A DNA stretch of 62,441 nt, counting the filler, from Streblomastix strix (Eukaryota): assembly GCA_008636045.1 (NCBI GenBank). It is 4 parts of 4 records of this genome, joined end to end, with 100 filler letters (N's around TTAATTAATTAA, not from the genome) between each part and the next. Parts side by side here need not be neighbours in the genome. Positions count along the whole stretch, not along the records: positions 31,289 to 46,816 come from SNRW01000971.1; positions 46,917 to 62,441 come from SNRW01000972.1; 2 more parts are not named here. One strand, given 5' to 3'. The notes under the pieces are model-generated. The model worked only from the letters and a program-made list of their open reading frames with translations. It made no database searches and had not been told where the DNA came from. The position numbers and the translations under genes were made by a program. Below, in pieces: positions 43,561 to 58,153 of the stretch. Every line of letters begins with the position of its first letter. Position 1 is the first letter of the stretch.

Positions 43561-44600
43561 TCACTCGTTTGTTTTATCGTAATTTGAACTAACCTGGCCA
43601 AAAATTTCATCTTCATCTTCCGTCGTTTCGTCTGTGTAGAGGGTAGGTAAAGGTTTGACTTCCTAATATTTAGTTATTGTATTTATGATATTTAAACTAT
43701 CTTTTAATAAATCATATCTTTCATCGAGCATTGTGGAACTCTAAGTCCATCGAGCATGAACGTTGATCTAGTTTTTATCGATGCCTAATGCTCTTGCCTT
43801 AGATAGACCAATATGTTTAGTATGTATAGTTTTAATGGAGCAGTGATTCCAGCGTTTTTAATCTGTTAAGAAATATGTTGTGATATTTGCTTGGGAGATA
43901 GAGCTTTTCCGTTCTTCGACCATAGTAAAGATCCTTTATTTTCCCTTCTTCTTAAGCATTCTTATAATAATTTGGAAGGTGAAACTCCTGGTCTTTGATG
44001 TGTATGGTGTATTGTTACCGGAGTAAAGATATTCGAGTTTGTTTTGGTTCGAACGTATATTTAGTAAGTGTCATTCATTCTTTGGATATTATTTTATATG
44101 ATTTCTGACATTTCACGGAACCTTATTGCATAGAACAATATAAGAATTGTTGCCATTCTCATTACTAAGTCGTTATCATTAATCTTTTGGATGTCCTACT
44201 TTTCCCAAAAGAGAAGCAGTGGTACTGGATCAATATATGTTCTTCCTTATTTATTGGATATTTCTGGGTATAGTTTTTGTGCACCACGGATGAGTCTTGA
44301 TACTCTTGTATCATCACTAAGTTTAACTCCAGATTTCATTGAAAAAATCGTTGATAAAGCAGTTCTGGCTAATTATATATATTTGACTGAAGCATTATCA
44401 TTGTGTAAGTGTTCGAGATAAGTTATGTAAGTGTCGTTTGATAAATTTAAGAATTCAAGATTGAATTTTTCAGCATAGTTAATCCATGAAGCTAATAATC
44501 CTTTATAGGATGACCAGGTATATTCTTTCTGAGAGGCAATCATCAATGAACCTGGTTTTGCGCCTACGCTGTTTAGGATCTCTTGAATTCTCTGCTTCAC
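43561..44600 (-). pseudogene. DIRS tyrosine recombinase with N-terminal SAM-like region, frame-disrupted
   Basis: SQKEYTWSSYKGLLASW.. then HTKHIGLSKARALGIDKNQINVHARWTQSSTMLDERY (H-x-x-W and catalytic Tyr region). Confidence 0.75.
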
Positions 44601-44619
44601 TACTTAATCAGTAAGGCTT

Positions 44620-46240
44620 CTAGTGTACCCTGAGGTAATTGTGTTTGGGATAGTTTAAACGCTTGGCCTTATTTGGTAGTTGAATTGAATTAACCCAGAT
44701 TAATCCTCTTGAGAATGTTCATTCTTGAGAGTTGCGGGATCCGAATGGCTGCTGGCCATTGTGGCATAATTATCAATGCAGTAAAGTTATCCTATTATAT
44801 TTTTTGAAATGTCTATATAATTAACAGTCGTGGTGGGAATGCATACACTACTTTGAATTGTTTCCAATTTTGAATTATTGAATTAGCTTCTAAGCTATTT
44901 ATTTCTAAGATTCATGAATAGAAAGTTGGTAGCTGTGTGTTCCATGTTGACACGAAAAGGTCTACTTCTGGTCTGATTTGTAGCTATTCGCATAGGATAT
45001 TGAATATTTGAGGTAGAAGCTGAAAATTTTAGATGTAATTGTATCATGAGAGTTTATCCGCTTGAATATTCAGAGTTCATGCTATGTGTGAGGCCGAAAC
45101 TCGTAAATTATAATTTTCCATTATTGTTAGAAGTTCTATTAAGATCGGAAGTGGTAAGTTACTTGTAGTGAGTCTATTTAATATTGCCACCACTGTCGTG
45201 TTATCTGAGTACACTTGAAGGTCATCGTGGTTCAATAATAATTTGTGTTTTATTATTAATTTGATAAGCTCCAGTACTCCTAGGAGTTCTCTCTTATTCT
45301 GTGATAGTATCGCAGGATATTCCTAGTCTCCGCTCAATTCTGTCGAAGAATTGCCCCTCTCTAATATTCCCACATACCCTGAGGGGGATGCATCCGTAAT
45401 TAGTCAAATTGTTGTTCGGAATGCGTGGAGGGATGATATCACTGGTTTAAGTAATCTATCGTGCCATAATTGTATCTCTTGTTTGATTGATTGCATTTCG
45501 TTCTAATGTAGACTAGTCTCCCATCCTCTTATTTTATTTGCTCTATCTTTAACGAAAATCATTTATTTCATTCTTGCTAGAGCTTAAATATTAACGAAAT
45601 GGGTTGCTTGTAGTTAACCCACAAGTGACGCCAGCTATCTGGCCGTCTTCGTATTCTCGTTTATCTACATCCAACTTCCTATTGAAGCTTGGATGATTCC
45701 TAATCTTTATTAGGTTAATGTTGCTACCATTTTTCTCGCATCCCATTAGATTCCGAGATATATTGGATTTTATGTTGGAATTAGCATCGACTTCTCGAAG
45801 TTAATTGTCAGTTCTAGTTCCATAAATAGATTAACTGTGTACATCATTTGGAATTTAGCTTCTTCTTGACTCTAGAACCATTCGATGCCATCGTCTAGAT
45901 ATGACGTACAATTTATACCATGAGCCCTAAGGTTTTGCAGAACTATCCTCATTGCTTTGGTGAAGACACAGGGCGCGATTGCAATACCGAAAGGCATGGT
46001 GGTGTAGGTGTAAGTAAGTCCTCCAAAGCTGAAGGCTAGATATTTACTCAATTCTGGAGATACTGTTATGTGACTATATGCACTTTAGAGATCCCATGTG
46101 ATAGCCCAACCATTATTCATAACCAGTTTGGAAGCTTCATTTAAACCTTTCATTTTGAAGTGTTCTATTGTTAAATGTTAGTTGACTTTCTTACATGAGA
46201 TAATTCTTCTATATGCTCCAGAACTATTTCTCTGCGAGGT
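44620..46240 (-). pseudogene. DIRS pol: RT, RNase H and DNA N6-adenine methyltransferase-like domain
   Basis: YLDD, TDAS, SDNTT, NIQADKLS, VDLFVS..YAFPP..IIMPQWP in the canonical order, with several in-frame TGAs. Confidence 0.9.
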
Positions 46241-46816
46241 TGAGGAATTGGAGGGCCCGTACTGTTCCATGTTGCTATCAAGCCTTTTCGATTAAATTGC
46301 GTCCTTAAATATTTTCCCAAGCTTTTAGAGCTTTAATTAAAGCGCCCCCTATTGGGACTACCAATCTATGATTTGTTTATGAACGCTCTTTTTATTGGAT
46401 GAATGATAAAAGAGGTGGGGTGAGTAGTGTCAATTACCCTCTTAGTAGATTAGTGGTGAGTTTGGGGTCAAAAACGGCGATGGTATGAGCGACCAGTTGA
46501 GGAAAAGCTATGATTGTTTGATTTATGAATGTATTTCTTAAAGAATTTTTTGTTATCATCTTTTTCTTTTGTTTCTTTTTCTTTTTCTTTCTCGGGTTTT
46601 TCCTTTTTTATTGTCTTATCATCTGAATTTGAGGGTTTCAATGCTTTTTTGGCTTGTGAATATAAAAGTTTTAGTGGATAAACGCTTTTTAATCTGTTAG
46701 TTGCGTCGAATGAGGCTTCAGTCAAATTGTGCGTTCCCTCCTAGTCTGCCTTAAAGTCATAGAGATTTGCCCGTCGAGCCGCTCCTATGCCGTTCCCGAT
46801 TTCTGCAGTTGAATGG

Positions 46817-46916
46817 NNNNNNNNNNNNNNNNNNNNNNNNNNNNNNNNNNNNNNNNNNNNTTAATTAATTAANNNNNNNNNNNNNNNNNNNNNNNNNNNN
46901 NNNNNNNNNNNNNNNN
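46817..46916. other. Artificial contig linker
   Basis: N-TTAATTAATTAA-N. Confidence 0.97.
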
Positions 46917-49900
46917 TCTGAATCGCTTTTGTCAGATTTCCTTTAAGTAGATTAACTATTTCCAAGAAAATTATCATTTCCAGCCGACAACGTATTATTA
47001 GGACTGACATTATCTGGTGAAATAGCCTCTCCAACCTATTATTGCTCATATATTCCAATTTAATCATCATTTTCATCTATTTTCTGATTTTTATGATGTT
47101 TTGTCTTATTATTATTATCTTTATTATCTTTCTTATTATGATTTCTTTTTCTCTAATCTCTTGAACTATATCTATCAACTTACTAATTATATTCATTCTA
47201 CTAATCCTGTTAATTATCTTCATCTTCATCTTCGTTAATTTAATTATTTTCACCATCATCTTCTTCATCATCTTCTTCTTTCTTCTTCTTCTTATGTCTA
47301 TTCTTACTCTTATTCTTAATCTATCCATCTTTATTCAGACTCTTACTCGATCTGATCCTCTTTTCTTGTATTGTTCCAATCAGAATCGGTTCACTCAATC
47401 TCATTTGTGTCAGAGATTCATTTGTACCCAAATATCCTGTAGGGTATATCTGTGCGATTGTTGGATATTGTTGTATTGATTGGATGGATTGATTGTTTGA
47501 GTTGGTGTTTGTGTTTGGAAATGAAGCGGATAGTTGATACAATTGTTGCTGTTGTTGATGATTGTATATCTGTTATTCAAGTTATTATTGTTGCTATAAA
47601 GACTGTATTTATTATAGAGATATCTAATCTTGTGTTAGTGGAGTTATTTATGCAACAATATTGTGATATGGGAATTATTATTCAATGCTAATATCAGTAG
47701 AATTAGATGGAAAGAATGATTTATTACTGAGATTTGAAAGATTGTTTGCATTAAATGTCAGTGAATTCTATATTTATTATTAATGTATCTGTTATATCTA
47801 TTTCAACTGATCTTAGAATGCTTGCATCTATTAGGTATGTTTCTGTTGTTATTTATTTAATGAATCAGCTAAAGAAGAAGAAGTTGATGCATTATTCGAA
47901 TTGTATGAATTGGGTTTGAATTAATTAGATGTTGTTTGATATGAATAAGGCTGTGATGTTGATTAAGATATTGTTGGATATTTACTTTTCAATGCTGATA
48001 TTTATGTGTTTGCAGTTGATGATGTGCTATTGTATGGGTTATTATTAGTAGAAGAAGAAGATTAATTATAATTAGTATAAGGTGAATGCGGATTAAGAAT
48101 TGAATTAATTTTTTATTATAATTCGATTTTATTATCTTTTCCTTTATTCAAAATAGACAAATGTGGTTTGATTTAAGAATTATCAGATGTTGTTTGTTAT
48201 TATGGTGGATGATTATCTATATTAGATATGATTGAATTATTATTATCTTTATTATTATCGTTAATATCTTTGTTATTCATCTCATTATCTTTATTTTCTT
48301 TATTCTTCTCAGATTCAATATCTAAGTTACTATTCTTCTTCACTCAGTATGGTATCTGTATATATGAATTCAGAGTATAGGGACTTTTAATTATTGAATT
48401 TGAATTGGATTATGAAGATTGAGATTGAATGTGTTTGTTGTTTTGTGGGGGTGTAATTGTTGATAATATTGATTGATTAGGTGAATATTGTGAAGATTAA
48501 TGTTATTATTGAAGTTATTATTATTTATTATTATTATTATATTTACTATTTCTATTTTCGTTATCATTATTATTAGTACTATTTTTAAGCAAGCTAATCT
48601 CTTGATCAATATCTTTGGAGATACTCTATTCAACAGCTTTCAATACATTCGCTCTCTAATTCTCAATTTTATCCATAATTTCTCCCAATTCTGATGAATA
48701 TCTGTGTTTGCGTTATTTCTTAGATTTGGACTTTGATTATGATTGTATGTTTGAATTATAATGTTTTGATTAATGCTTTGATTTCTGATGTTTATCTAAA
48801 TTATCTATATTCAAATCATTATCTTCTTCATCTTCATCATCTTTACTATTTAAACTATCTTTATCATTATTATTATTATCCTAATTCTTATTCTGACTCA
48901 ATCTAGATCCAGCTCTACTTATTTATCTTCTTCTTCTCTTTACTCTTCTTTGACTATTATTTCTACTACTGTTCCTTTCTTAACTTTAACTCTAACTGTT
49001 ACTAATATTTTAAGTTTGATTAGAGCTCTAATTTTGGCTCTAATTACTACTTAATCTTCTCTTATTTCTTGATCTGGGATTCATTCTTCGGTTTTATTAC
49101 ATTTCATCTTCATTTTCTTATTAAAATTCATCACTTTGTTCATTATCTTAATCTAACCACGCTTCTTTCTAATTAGTTTTACTCTATTAATTACTATTAA
49201 ATTAATTCATATTATTATTATTATTACTTATATTATCATTGTTCATGTTACTGTCTGAGCTTGAATGTGATCTTTAATGTTATGGTTGTAATGATAATGA
49301 ATGTGAATTAACATTGTGAATATAAGGTGAATGCGAGTGATGATTATTACTATTAGAGCGTTAATTGATATTTTAGTTAGATAATGAATTAAAATTGGGG
49401 TTACTGGTTGAATTTGAATTAAAAGATTATTATTATTACTATAACTATTATTACTATTTATATTAATTAGGTTTTGGTGAATAAGATGATCTTGATGGAG
49501 AAGGAAAAGTGAATGAAGGAGATTCTATTGATTAATGTATTAGATGAGGAGATGTTGATGATGATTTAATTTGTATTGAATGTGGATCAGATGATTATGA
49601 TTATTATTATTGATATTATTGTTATTGTTATTATTATGGATATATTGATTAAGAAGATTATATGTCTTTATATTATGGGTTAGATTGGTTCTATAAGAGA
49701 TAGTCGGGAAGTATTTACTGGCTGTTTTGTGTGAAATCAACACTTTTATTTATATTCTTATTATCACTATTATATATAGAATGCAAATTACTCTCATTCA
49801 ATGAGCTTCTATTTAAGTTCTTCTTATTATTATTATTATTATTACTATTCCTTCCAATCAAATCATATTATTTATTCTTCTATTTTTCTCTTTCTCTATC

Positions 49901-52900
49901 AATCTAACTCATATTAATATCTTTTACTCTTTATTCAATACTCAAATCTTATTTCCTTTCCTATTCAATAATATTCATTAGTGTATCATCTACTTCTTTC
50001 TTCTTCCTGTTAATTGTATCCAATTTGATCTGAATTTCCTTTTCGCGGTTTTTTAAATCATTTTCTTTCATTTCTATTTCTTTCTATTTATTTTCTGCTT
50101 ATTGTTGCTATTCTAATACAGCCTATGATAATGAAGCCAATATTTGCATCTGTTCAGTAATTGTTTGTTATTTGGCTTGTAACTGTTGGTTTAATTGGTC
50201 AATTTACTGTTGACGAAGATTGAGCTGTTTCTGTTGGAGTGCAAGACGTTGTTATTCTGAGAATGAACATAAAATATAAATAAAAATTATAAAGATTATT
50301 CTATTATTTCATTTCATTATTTATAAACTCACATTTATATAACATAATATCCAATCATATAGCATTATATATATAATCATAATCAAACCTTTCCTAATCT
50401 CCTCCATCTTCCCTTCAATTACTCTTTCATTCATTTCCTTCTCTTTATAATACTATTCCTTCATCACTTCTACATCAGCCAGAATCCTTTATGCTTCTTT
50501 TAATGACATCTCGCCTTCTTTCTGTTATCTGAACGATTCTCTTTCTCTTATTCTGATCTAATCTTCTATGGTGTTTATATCTATGGGATATTGAATACTA
50601 CTAGCTGTGTTATTGGATGTGCTATTTAATATTGATTTGTAGTGTGAATTAGGAGTATTTTATATTGATGATATCTATTATGAAGGATAACTGTTATCAA
50701 TTAGATTAGAATTATTATTGTTGTTGCTACCAGTCAGATATTTGGATATAATACTGAGTTAAGATGGATCTGTATGTGGAAATGGAAGTATTTTAGTATT
50801 ATTTGAATTGTTTATATTGTTTGATTGTTCATCCAGTTTTTATTTCAGATTTCTCTTTTCAAGTTCTAATTATACTATTAAATCAAGCATTTCTTTATTG
50901 GAACTTGAATTTTAATTATTATTACTATTATTATTACCTTAATTATTTTAATTGACATTTTGGCCAGCTAATTAATTACTACCAGTTTAATTAGTAATAT
51001 TCTGTTTATTATTATAATTACTCATATTATTCAAAGTATTACTACCACTTGTACTAGTGATTATCTATCTATTAATCATATTAGTATTTAAATTTGGATT
51101 CGCATTTGAATTTGATCCAGTTCCGGTTAATGTATTACTACCAGATCCAATATTTGTATTCATTGTTGCATTCACTATTTACCTTTATTGTTATTACAAA
51201 GGTTATTATGATGATTGTATTCCAGTATTAGATGTTAAGCTTCCAGGTTTATTTAATGTATTTGATTAATTCTACTATTAATTTTAATTTGAATACTAAT
51301 TATTATTTAAATTATTAGTATTACTCTATCCATTATTAGTCTAGAAAGGCAGTGTTCCAATTTTAACTTATGTTAATGGGGGAGGGTGACCTGTTGATTA
51401 TTATTATTATTAAGATTATTATTATTATTATTAAGAGTATGACAATGAAGACGTTTAATTCAATGGTTTTTATTATAATTATTATTAAGAAGTTTATTAT
51501 TATTTGGGAGCTGCAGAAAAAGCTGAATTTGAAGATGGTTGGAATAATGAAGATGAAGTTTACTATTATTACAATGAAGATTGTTATTATGTTTATTATA
51601 ATGGATTTGCAGTTGATGTATTTGATGATGTTGTTGGTAATTACTGTTATTATTATGCAGATTATGATGTTATTGGTATAGTTGTTGTTGGTTTATTTGT
51701 ATTTGTATTCAAATTTGTGTTTGTAGATGAAGATGCATTTTCTTAATATGGAATAGAAAGCACATGATGAGAAGGTTGCGTATTGAATTAAGACGATTAT
51801 AATTAAGACTGCTATTAAAGTGTGCTTATATTAGTTGATGGTTAACCTGCAGTAGTTGAAGTATTATTAGTAGTATTATTAGTATTTGATTAAGTAGTTG
51901 TTGACTAAGTTTGTATTGATTATATCTTTGGCGATGAAGGAACAGTATTTGTATTTGTATTTGTAGTTGATAAAGGATTAATTGAATTTGAATTTGAGTT
52001 ATTTGTAGATGTTTGTGGTGCAGAAGCAACAGTAGATGAAGTGATTAATTATTGAGATGATTAAGAAGTCTATAGTTACTGTAATTGTTGCTAAGATTAA
52101 GTAGTTGATTTTGGTCTCACTTATGAATGGATAACTGTTCTCTATGCTGGTTAAGGAATGGGTGCTTGTACTGTAGTTGACTATTATATTGATTATTATT
52201 ATTATATTGGACCTTATTATTATTATACTGGCTAAGATGAAGATTATTGATTTGAAGTCTGAGTTGCAAATTTAGAATTCTATAGTGCAGTAGAAATTGG
52301 AATTGATGGAGGAATTTATATGGAGGATGCATGAGTATTATTACTATTATTATTATTTGTATTATTATTTGTATTTGTATTTGTATGTGTAAATGCAGAT
52401 GATTATACAGAATTGTTAGAAGAAGGTTCTGATTGTGTTAATGATGATTATTACTGCTACTACAATTTTTATTACTAAGTTGGTAGTTGTGAAAATGATG
52501 ATGATGATGGTATAAGAGTTGAATCTGCAGTTCTGCCTTGCATCAATGCACGTCTTTGTGACAGAAGAGTGTTGGATGGTTACTATTATGATATTTATGT
52601 TGATTGAGTCTATTATTATCCAAATGTTTGGTTCTGGCCTTGGACAGGTGCTGCAGGACGTGCTATGGGATTAGATAATGTCGGTTGTGTAGATTATTAT
52701 TATTACTATTATGATGATTATTATGATAATGGTGAATGTTATGTAGTTACTGGAGATTATTGTGGTTTCTGTGTTATATTTGATGTATTTAGAGATGAAT
52801 ATGGTTTTGAGACTGAAGATAATGAAGTGTTTTGTAGGTTTAATGTTGATGGTGTAGATTGGACATTGAAACGAACTGGTTAATTCTTGTTTGCAGTTGG

Positions 52901-53107
52901 TTAGTTTTCTTTTAATTATGGTGATATTGATTGTTACTGTTATGTAGATTAAGAATCTTAGTTAAATTTAGTGCCAAATGAAGTATTTGCTGGTGGAGTT
53001 GGCGATGACGTACTTTATACACCAAATTTTGATCGACCTGTACCAAGTAATGAGGATGAATTTGGGTCAGAAACTAAAGGAATTATTGCTTATTAATTTT
53101 ATGACAT
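46917..53107 (-). CDS. Very large Q/N/S-rich low-complexity protein with a central coiled coil; one intron (~50259-50388); 3'-truncated
   Basis: ATG 53107 (MSQNQQAIIPLVSDPNSSS...), a long frame open under TAA/TAG=Gln, a GT-AG intron, and coiled-coil heptads at ~49750-50560. No recognised domain. Confidence 0.7.
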
Positions 53108-53428
53108 AGATCTTGAAATTAATTTTAAAATTACTGAAGGTTGGATAAAAAAATAGGAAAAAAATAATAAAAAAATCAAAATCAATAATTTTGCAGTAAA
53201 ATAAATAATTCATGATAAAATATTAAAAAATGTAAAATGACTAAAATTATGTACTCCATAAAAGTTGAAAAATATGTTTTTAGGAATACAGTTGTTGCGA
53301 AATTTCATATTTATTTTTCAATTATTCAAACTAGATAGATAAGTAGTAATTTAAAAAAAAATTGATTGAATTGAATGTATTACATTCATAAAAATAATAA
53401 ACATTACAAAAAAACAAGTAAAACTTGT

Positions 53429-54893
53429 TCAGTGGATAGCGTCTATTTCCGCTAATGCGAGGCACATTGCTGCTCGCTATCTTTCAAATAGTGTTCGTTG
53501 AATGGGTGATTACTCAAAAAATTATGTTACACTTCTATCTGATGACACGGTAACTAGCGATTTACCGTCCTGTGTGAAGACACAGTCCCAGACCCATCGC
53601 TTATGAACCATCGGGTGCTTCCACCGAAGTTCTGGTGTGCTACTCACATTAGTAAGGGAAGGTACACTCCATACTTAAGCTGTATGATCTGATGAGCACG
53701 TTGCTAGTCTCCTATAGACGATTTATTATAAAAAAATTTGGTTGAAAAATATATATAAAATAATAGCAAACATTCCATCATATGAAAGTACGCATTTGTT
53801 GATATATGTATCATGAGCTCTGAATCTCTTTATAAGTTCGCCAGTTTATGTCTGATACACATAAACAAACCCCTGATATATTCAGAAAAATGAAGTGTTT
53901 TCATATTAGATTAAATAAATATAATAATAAATTATAAAAGAAATAAAATAATAATATTACAATATTTATGAAATCAAACTTCGTTATCGGCTGCAAATAA
54001 GAAATTTAGATTGCGAGTAGAAGATATTGAACGAACCATCGGCCCTGGACGTTTCTAATGTAATTGAATGGGTGAAAATTAACAAATAAAAAATAAAATA
54101 AGAAATAAAATAAGAAATAAAAATAAGAAATAAAATAAGAAATTATAAAAGTAAAAATTATATGAATATAAATTAGAATACAATTATAGTAATTGTGTCT
54201 GATCCAAGTGTGTATCTCGCAATTTCACCATTTTGAAATGAAAGGAATAGTGTTCGTATCTAGTAAATCAATATAAATAAAATGAATATATGAAATAATA
54301 AATAAATAAAACATTACACGTAAAAAATAAAAAAAATAAAAAAATAAAAATATTTTGATTTATTTATTATTTATACATCTGTAGGATCCAAAGTCATAGA
54401 AGAAACTTCAGAGTTGAATTGGTGAGCAAATATCTACCCAGATTTGCCCATTTAAAAACTAATGATATCAAAATACAACATAATTGGTAATTAAAATAAA
54501 ATAAAAAAATAGCTCAAATAATATATCGCAAACTTCAACGGCTTCCAAACAATGAATTTCTTGTCTTCTGCCCCAGAAAATAACATGTTATCCTGATAAC
54601 TGAGCAGACAGAGTATATTACCTTCATGCGCGTTCCATCGTATAATGGGGTCCTGCGAATCGCGCTTAAAACATTAGATTAGTTTATAGCCGCCAACATA
54701 GAAAAGCATTTTGTCCTCGGAAAAGACAATGCAATTGGCGTGCTGTAAGAAAAGAATATATAGAAATATATTTTAAAGACAAATAATTAAAGCAAACAGT
54801 TGCGTCAAGTCTCTTTGATTCCACTGGCCGTGTGACACTCCAGATGTCGACCTGCCTGTCTGTCCCACCAGCAACTATAAGTACGTCGTTCAT
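53429..54893 (-). CDS. LST8: TOR complex subunit LST8 (WD40)
   Basis: LIVAGGTDRQVDIW..AHEGNI..AHDTYINKCVLSYDG|RLATCSSDHTAQVW..HKRWVWDCVFTQDGKSLVTVSSD..AAMCLAL-..TGA, six introns. Confidence 0.85.
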
Positions 54894-55550
54894 TGCTGAA
54901 AAGTTAAATAAATAATTAATCTAATAAAGAAAAATATTTTCAAAGAATAATTTTAATTATATCCAGAGTTTTTAATTTTTTAATGTAAAAAAAATTATAA
55001 TGCAAAAGCCAATTTGGACATGATAATAAATTGTTGTATAAAAACTGAATAAGTATTAAATATGCGTTGAAATATTGATTTAATAAAAAAATTTGTATTG
55101 ATAAGTGGTGAGTAATTATGAGTTTTTCACATGGTATTTTATTTTCATTAAACTACTAATAATAATTCTTGTATAATATATTTTCATAATAATAATAATA
55201 AACAGATATTAAAAATATAATCATGGACAAGTATAATAATACAATGGAACTATAATTAATCTTTAAATTAAGTCAAATTGTGAATAACAGTCAATTCATT
55301 AAATGTTACAAAAATAATATTAAAAATTATCCCAAAAATCAATTTTATATTTTACTTCTAAATCTATGAATAAATAGATACTTCTAAGGATAATTCAGAT
55401 TAATACCCTCATTTACTATTTATTTACTTATAAACTCTAATATTAATGTTGATATGAACAATTTCACTTTTTGAAGAAGAGAGTTATGATTGAAAGTAAC
55501 AAATGAGAGATAAAAAGAAGATCATATTTTTTATTTCAAATTCTACTTCT

Positions 55551-58153
55551 TCACCACTAGACAGCTTTTTCATTGTCAACATGGCCTGTTGTTGGTTTGA
55601 TGAATTTCTTCAGAGATCGAATGATGCAAGTTGAATGAGTGTTGAACATGTAAATCTTTATTAAAATTATTGAAATTTGAAATATAAAAATTGTTAAAAT
55701 TCACTTTATAAAACGATGTTTCATACTATGAAACGCACTTTCTCTTTAATTCCTGTAATATACACTGGTTATTGTTTGCCATCAATGAATAATATCAATG
55801 TTCCTTTTTCGGAATCAAATTCAAGTCTCACAATTTATTTGTCGTCTATTCTATTGTTTCCTTATGTTCCAATGTTTTTAAAAGTAATAGCATAAGTAGC
55901 TGACCTGGTAAATATTATAAAATATATTTTATTGAAAAAATAATTTATTTATTCAAACCCTCCACAGAAAGCAGCAATATGATCAGTATCTAAACAGTAA
56001 TAAAATAATCAATTTAATAAAAATAAAATTAAAATTAAACAAACGAGGTTGATAAGCATAACAAGCATTATCAGGAATGTCATATGAATCTCGGACAATT
56101 CCCACAGCTTTTTAAACAAAGAAAAATAAATTTAAAAATAATTATATTAAAAATTATTACCAATTCTAGATCCATTTGTATTTTGAAATTCAGCTTCTAA
56201 TTAATATATTCCATTTTCAATAACTTATGCTATTGAAATTGTTTAATTCTTACCTTTCTTCTTATTTATTTACTTCTATGAACCATTAAGGTCTATTATT
56301 TCCAGATCTTCAATATCTTTATTAATAATGGCAATAGGATATTCTGTGTTGAAGTATGTTTAAAATCGAAATTAGTGCAGAATAATAATAAAACTATAAA
56401 ATAATATACAAAAAAACCTTTAGTCAACTTTTGAATCAAACTTTCATTCTTTATTTTCTTCTATTTCATTTTTTCTTATTATTCCCTCAGTTTCTTTATT
56501 TTAATTTGTTCAAATATTAATATTTTACGTTCTGCTTCTTCAGCTCTTCTAATTTATTGATTTTTCTCATCAATTTCTTTTTCTTTTTCCAATTAAACCT
56601 TTTCCTTTTCCAACAATGTCCTTTCTTTTTCTTCATTTAATTTTTGAAATTCTTATTAAATTTTTATTTTTTCTTCAATTTCTTTTTATTTTTCTAATTA
56701 GATTATATCTTTTTCTTCACTAACTTTTGAAAGTTCATATTAAATTCTTCTTTTTTCTTCTATTTCTTTTTCTTTTTCCAATTGGATCATTTCTTTCTCT
56801 TCTCTAACTTTTTGATGCTCTTAATAATTTTTGTTTTTTTCTTCATTTTCTTTTTCTTTCTCTTCATTCAATCTTTTAATTTCTCCTTTTAATCTTTCAA
56901 TCTCTTCAATTTTCTATTTTTCTTTCTTTTCAATCAGTTGAATTTCTTCATCAAATTTTTCAACTCCAATTTTCTCTTTCAATTGAGCAACTTCATATTA
57001 TGTTTTATCAATCTACCTTTTCAGAATCCAATTTTCTTCATCAGTTTGATCTTTTTATTTCTCAACTTCTTTTCTTTTGGTTTCTTCTTCATTCTTTAAT
57101 TGAGTTTATTTATCAGCTTTTTATTTCTCATTTTCATAATTATCCAAATATTCTTTTGATTATTTCTTTTCTTAAAAAAGTTTGTTTTTCAATTCATTGT
57201 TTGTTTTCTCAAAGTTTTCAACTCGCTTTATAGATATCTATTTCTCTTCTTATTCTTTCTTCAAATTCAATTCAGCTTCTTTTCTTCTTAGTATTTCTTT
57301 TTCTATTTTTTAATTATGTTCTTTTTACATATTCTAGATATTATCAATATTTTCTTTTTAAATCCTAAGAAGTTTTTCATTCAATTCTTTAATTGAATTT
57401 TCTCTCTCTTCAACTTCTGATAAATATTTCATTTCGAATTCTCTTCGTTTATTCATTTCATATTCAAAATCTTTCTTCATTTTTTCATTTTCTTCTTTTA
57501 ATTATTCATTTTCCCATGAAATATTATCTTTCTCGTTTTCATATTGTTTTCTTTTCTCAATTTCAATCTTCTTCTTTCTTTCGGATTCTTCTGCTTTTTG
57601 AAATGATTGATTCTTTTCTTCTGTTTCATAGCGAAATGTTTATTCAATTTTTCGCCTTTCAATTTCTTTAGCAATGAGTTTCTCATTGGTTTCCTTTTCT
57701 AATTAAATTGATCTTTTTTTATCTTCTTTCTCTGCTTGTAATTCATCAATAAGTTTCATTTTATCAATTTTCTACTAATTAGCTTCTATTTCGACTTTAT
57801 TTGCTCGTTCTTCTGATTCTTCATGTAATTCTTTTTCTTCGCGAAGTTAGGCTTAAATTACTTTCAATTGTTCGCGATATTTCAATTCAATTTCTTTCTT
57901 TTCTCTTCGAAGAGTTTCATTTTCCTCTCTCAGTTTGAAAATTTGTTATTCAAGAGCTTATCTCGCCTAATATATAATAAATAAAAACGAATAATTATTA
58001 ACTACAGGAAATTAGAATAAATATTTAAAAAATAAATAAAAAATATTTTTTTATAAAATAAACTTCGATATTTGCTGCAAGAATTCTCGAATTGTCACTT
58101 ATACGAATAGAATCTTCGGGAATTTTCCCTTAATTACTGGTATTTTCAGTCAT
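55551..58153 (-). CDS. Long coiled-coil protein with a C-terminal SPRY/B30.2-like domain
   Basis: ATG 58153, ~500 aa of E/K/Q coiled coil, then ENGIYQLEAEF..AVGIVRDSY..IVRLEFDSEKGTLILFIDGKQQPVYITGIKEKVRF..TCIIRSLKK..AVQW-TGA. Confidence 0.8.

Larger units (their letters stand above)
43309..46816 (-). mobile_element. DIRS retrotransposon, second family, 5'-truncated by the contig end, degenerate
   Basis: gag C-terminus 46468-46816; RT WDLQSAYSHI..MPFGIAIAP..YLDD (45890-45901); RNase H TDAS (45386-45397) and YSDNTTVV; methyltransferase-like VDLF..YAFPP (44831-44845); YR ending at TGA 43561; ITR/ICR at 43309-43550. Confidence 0.93.
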
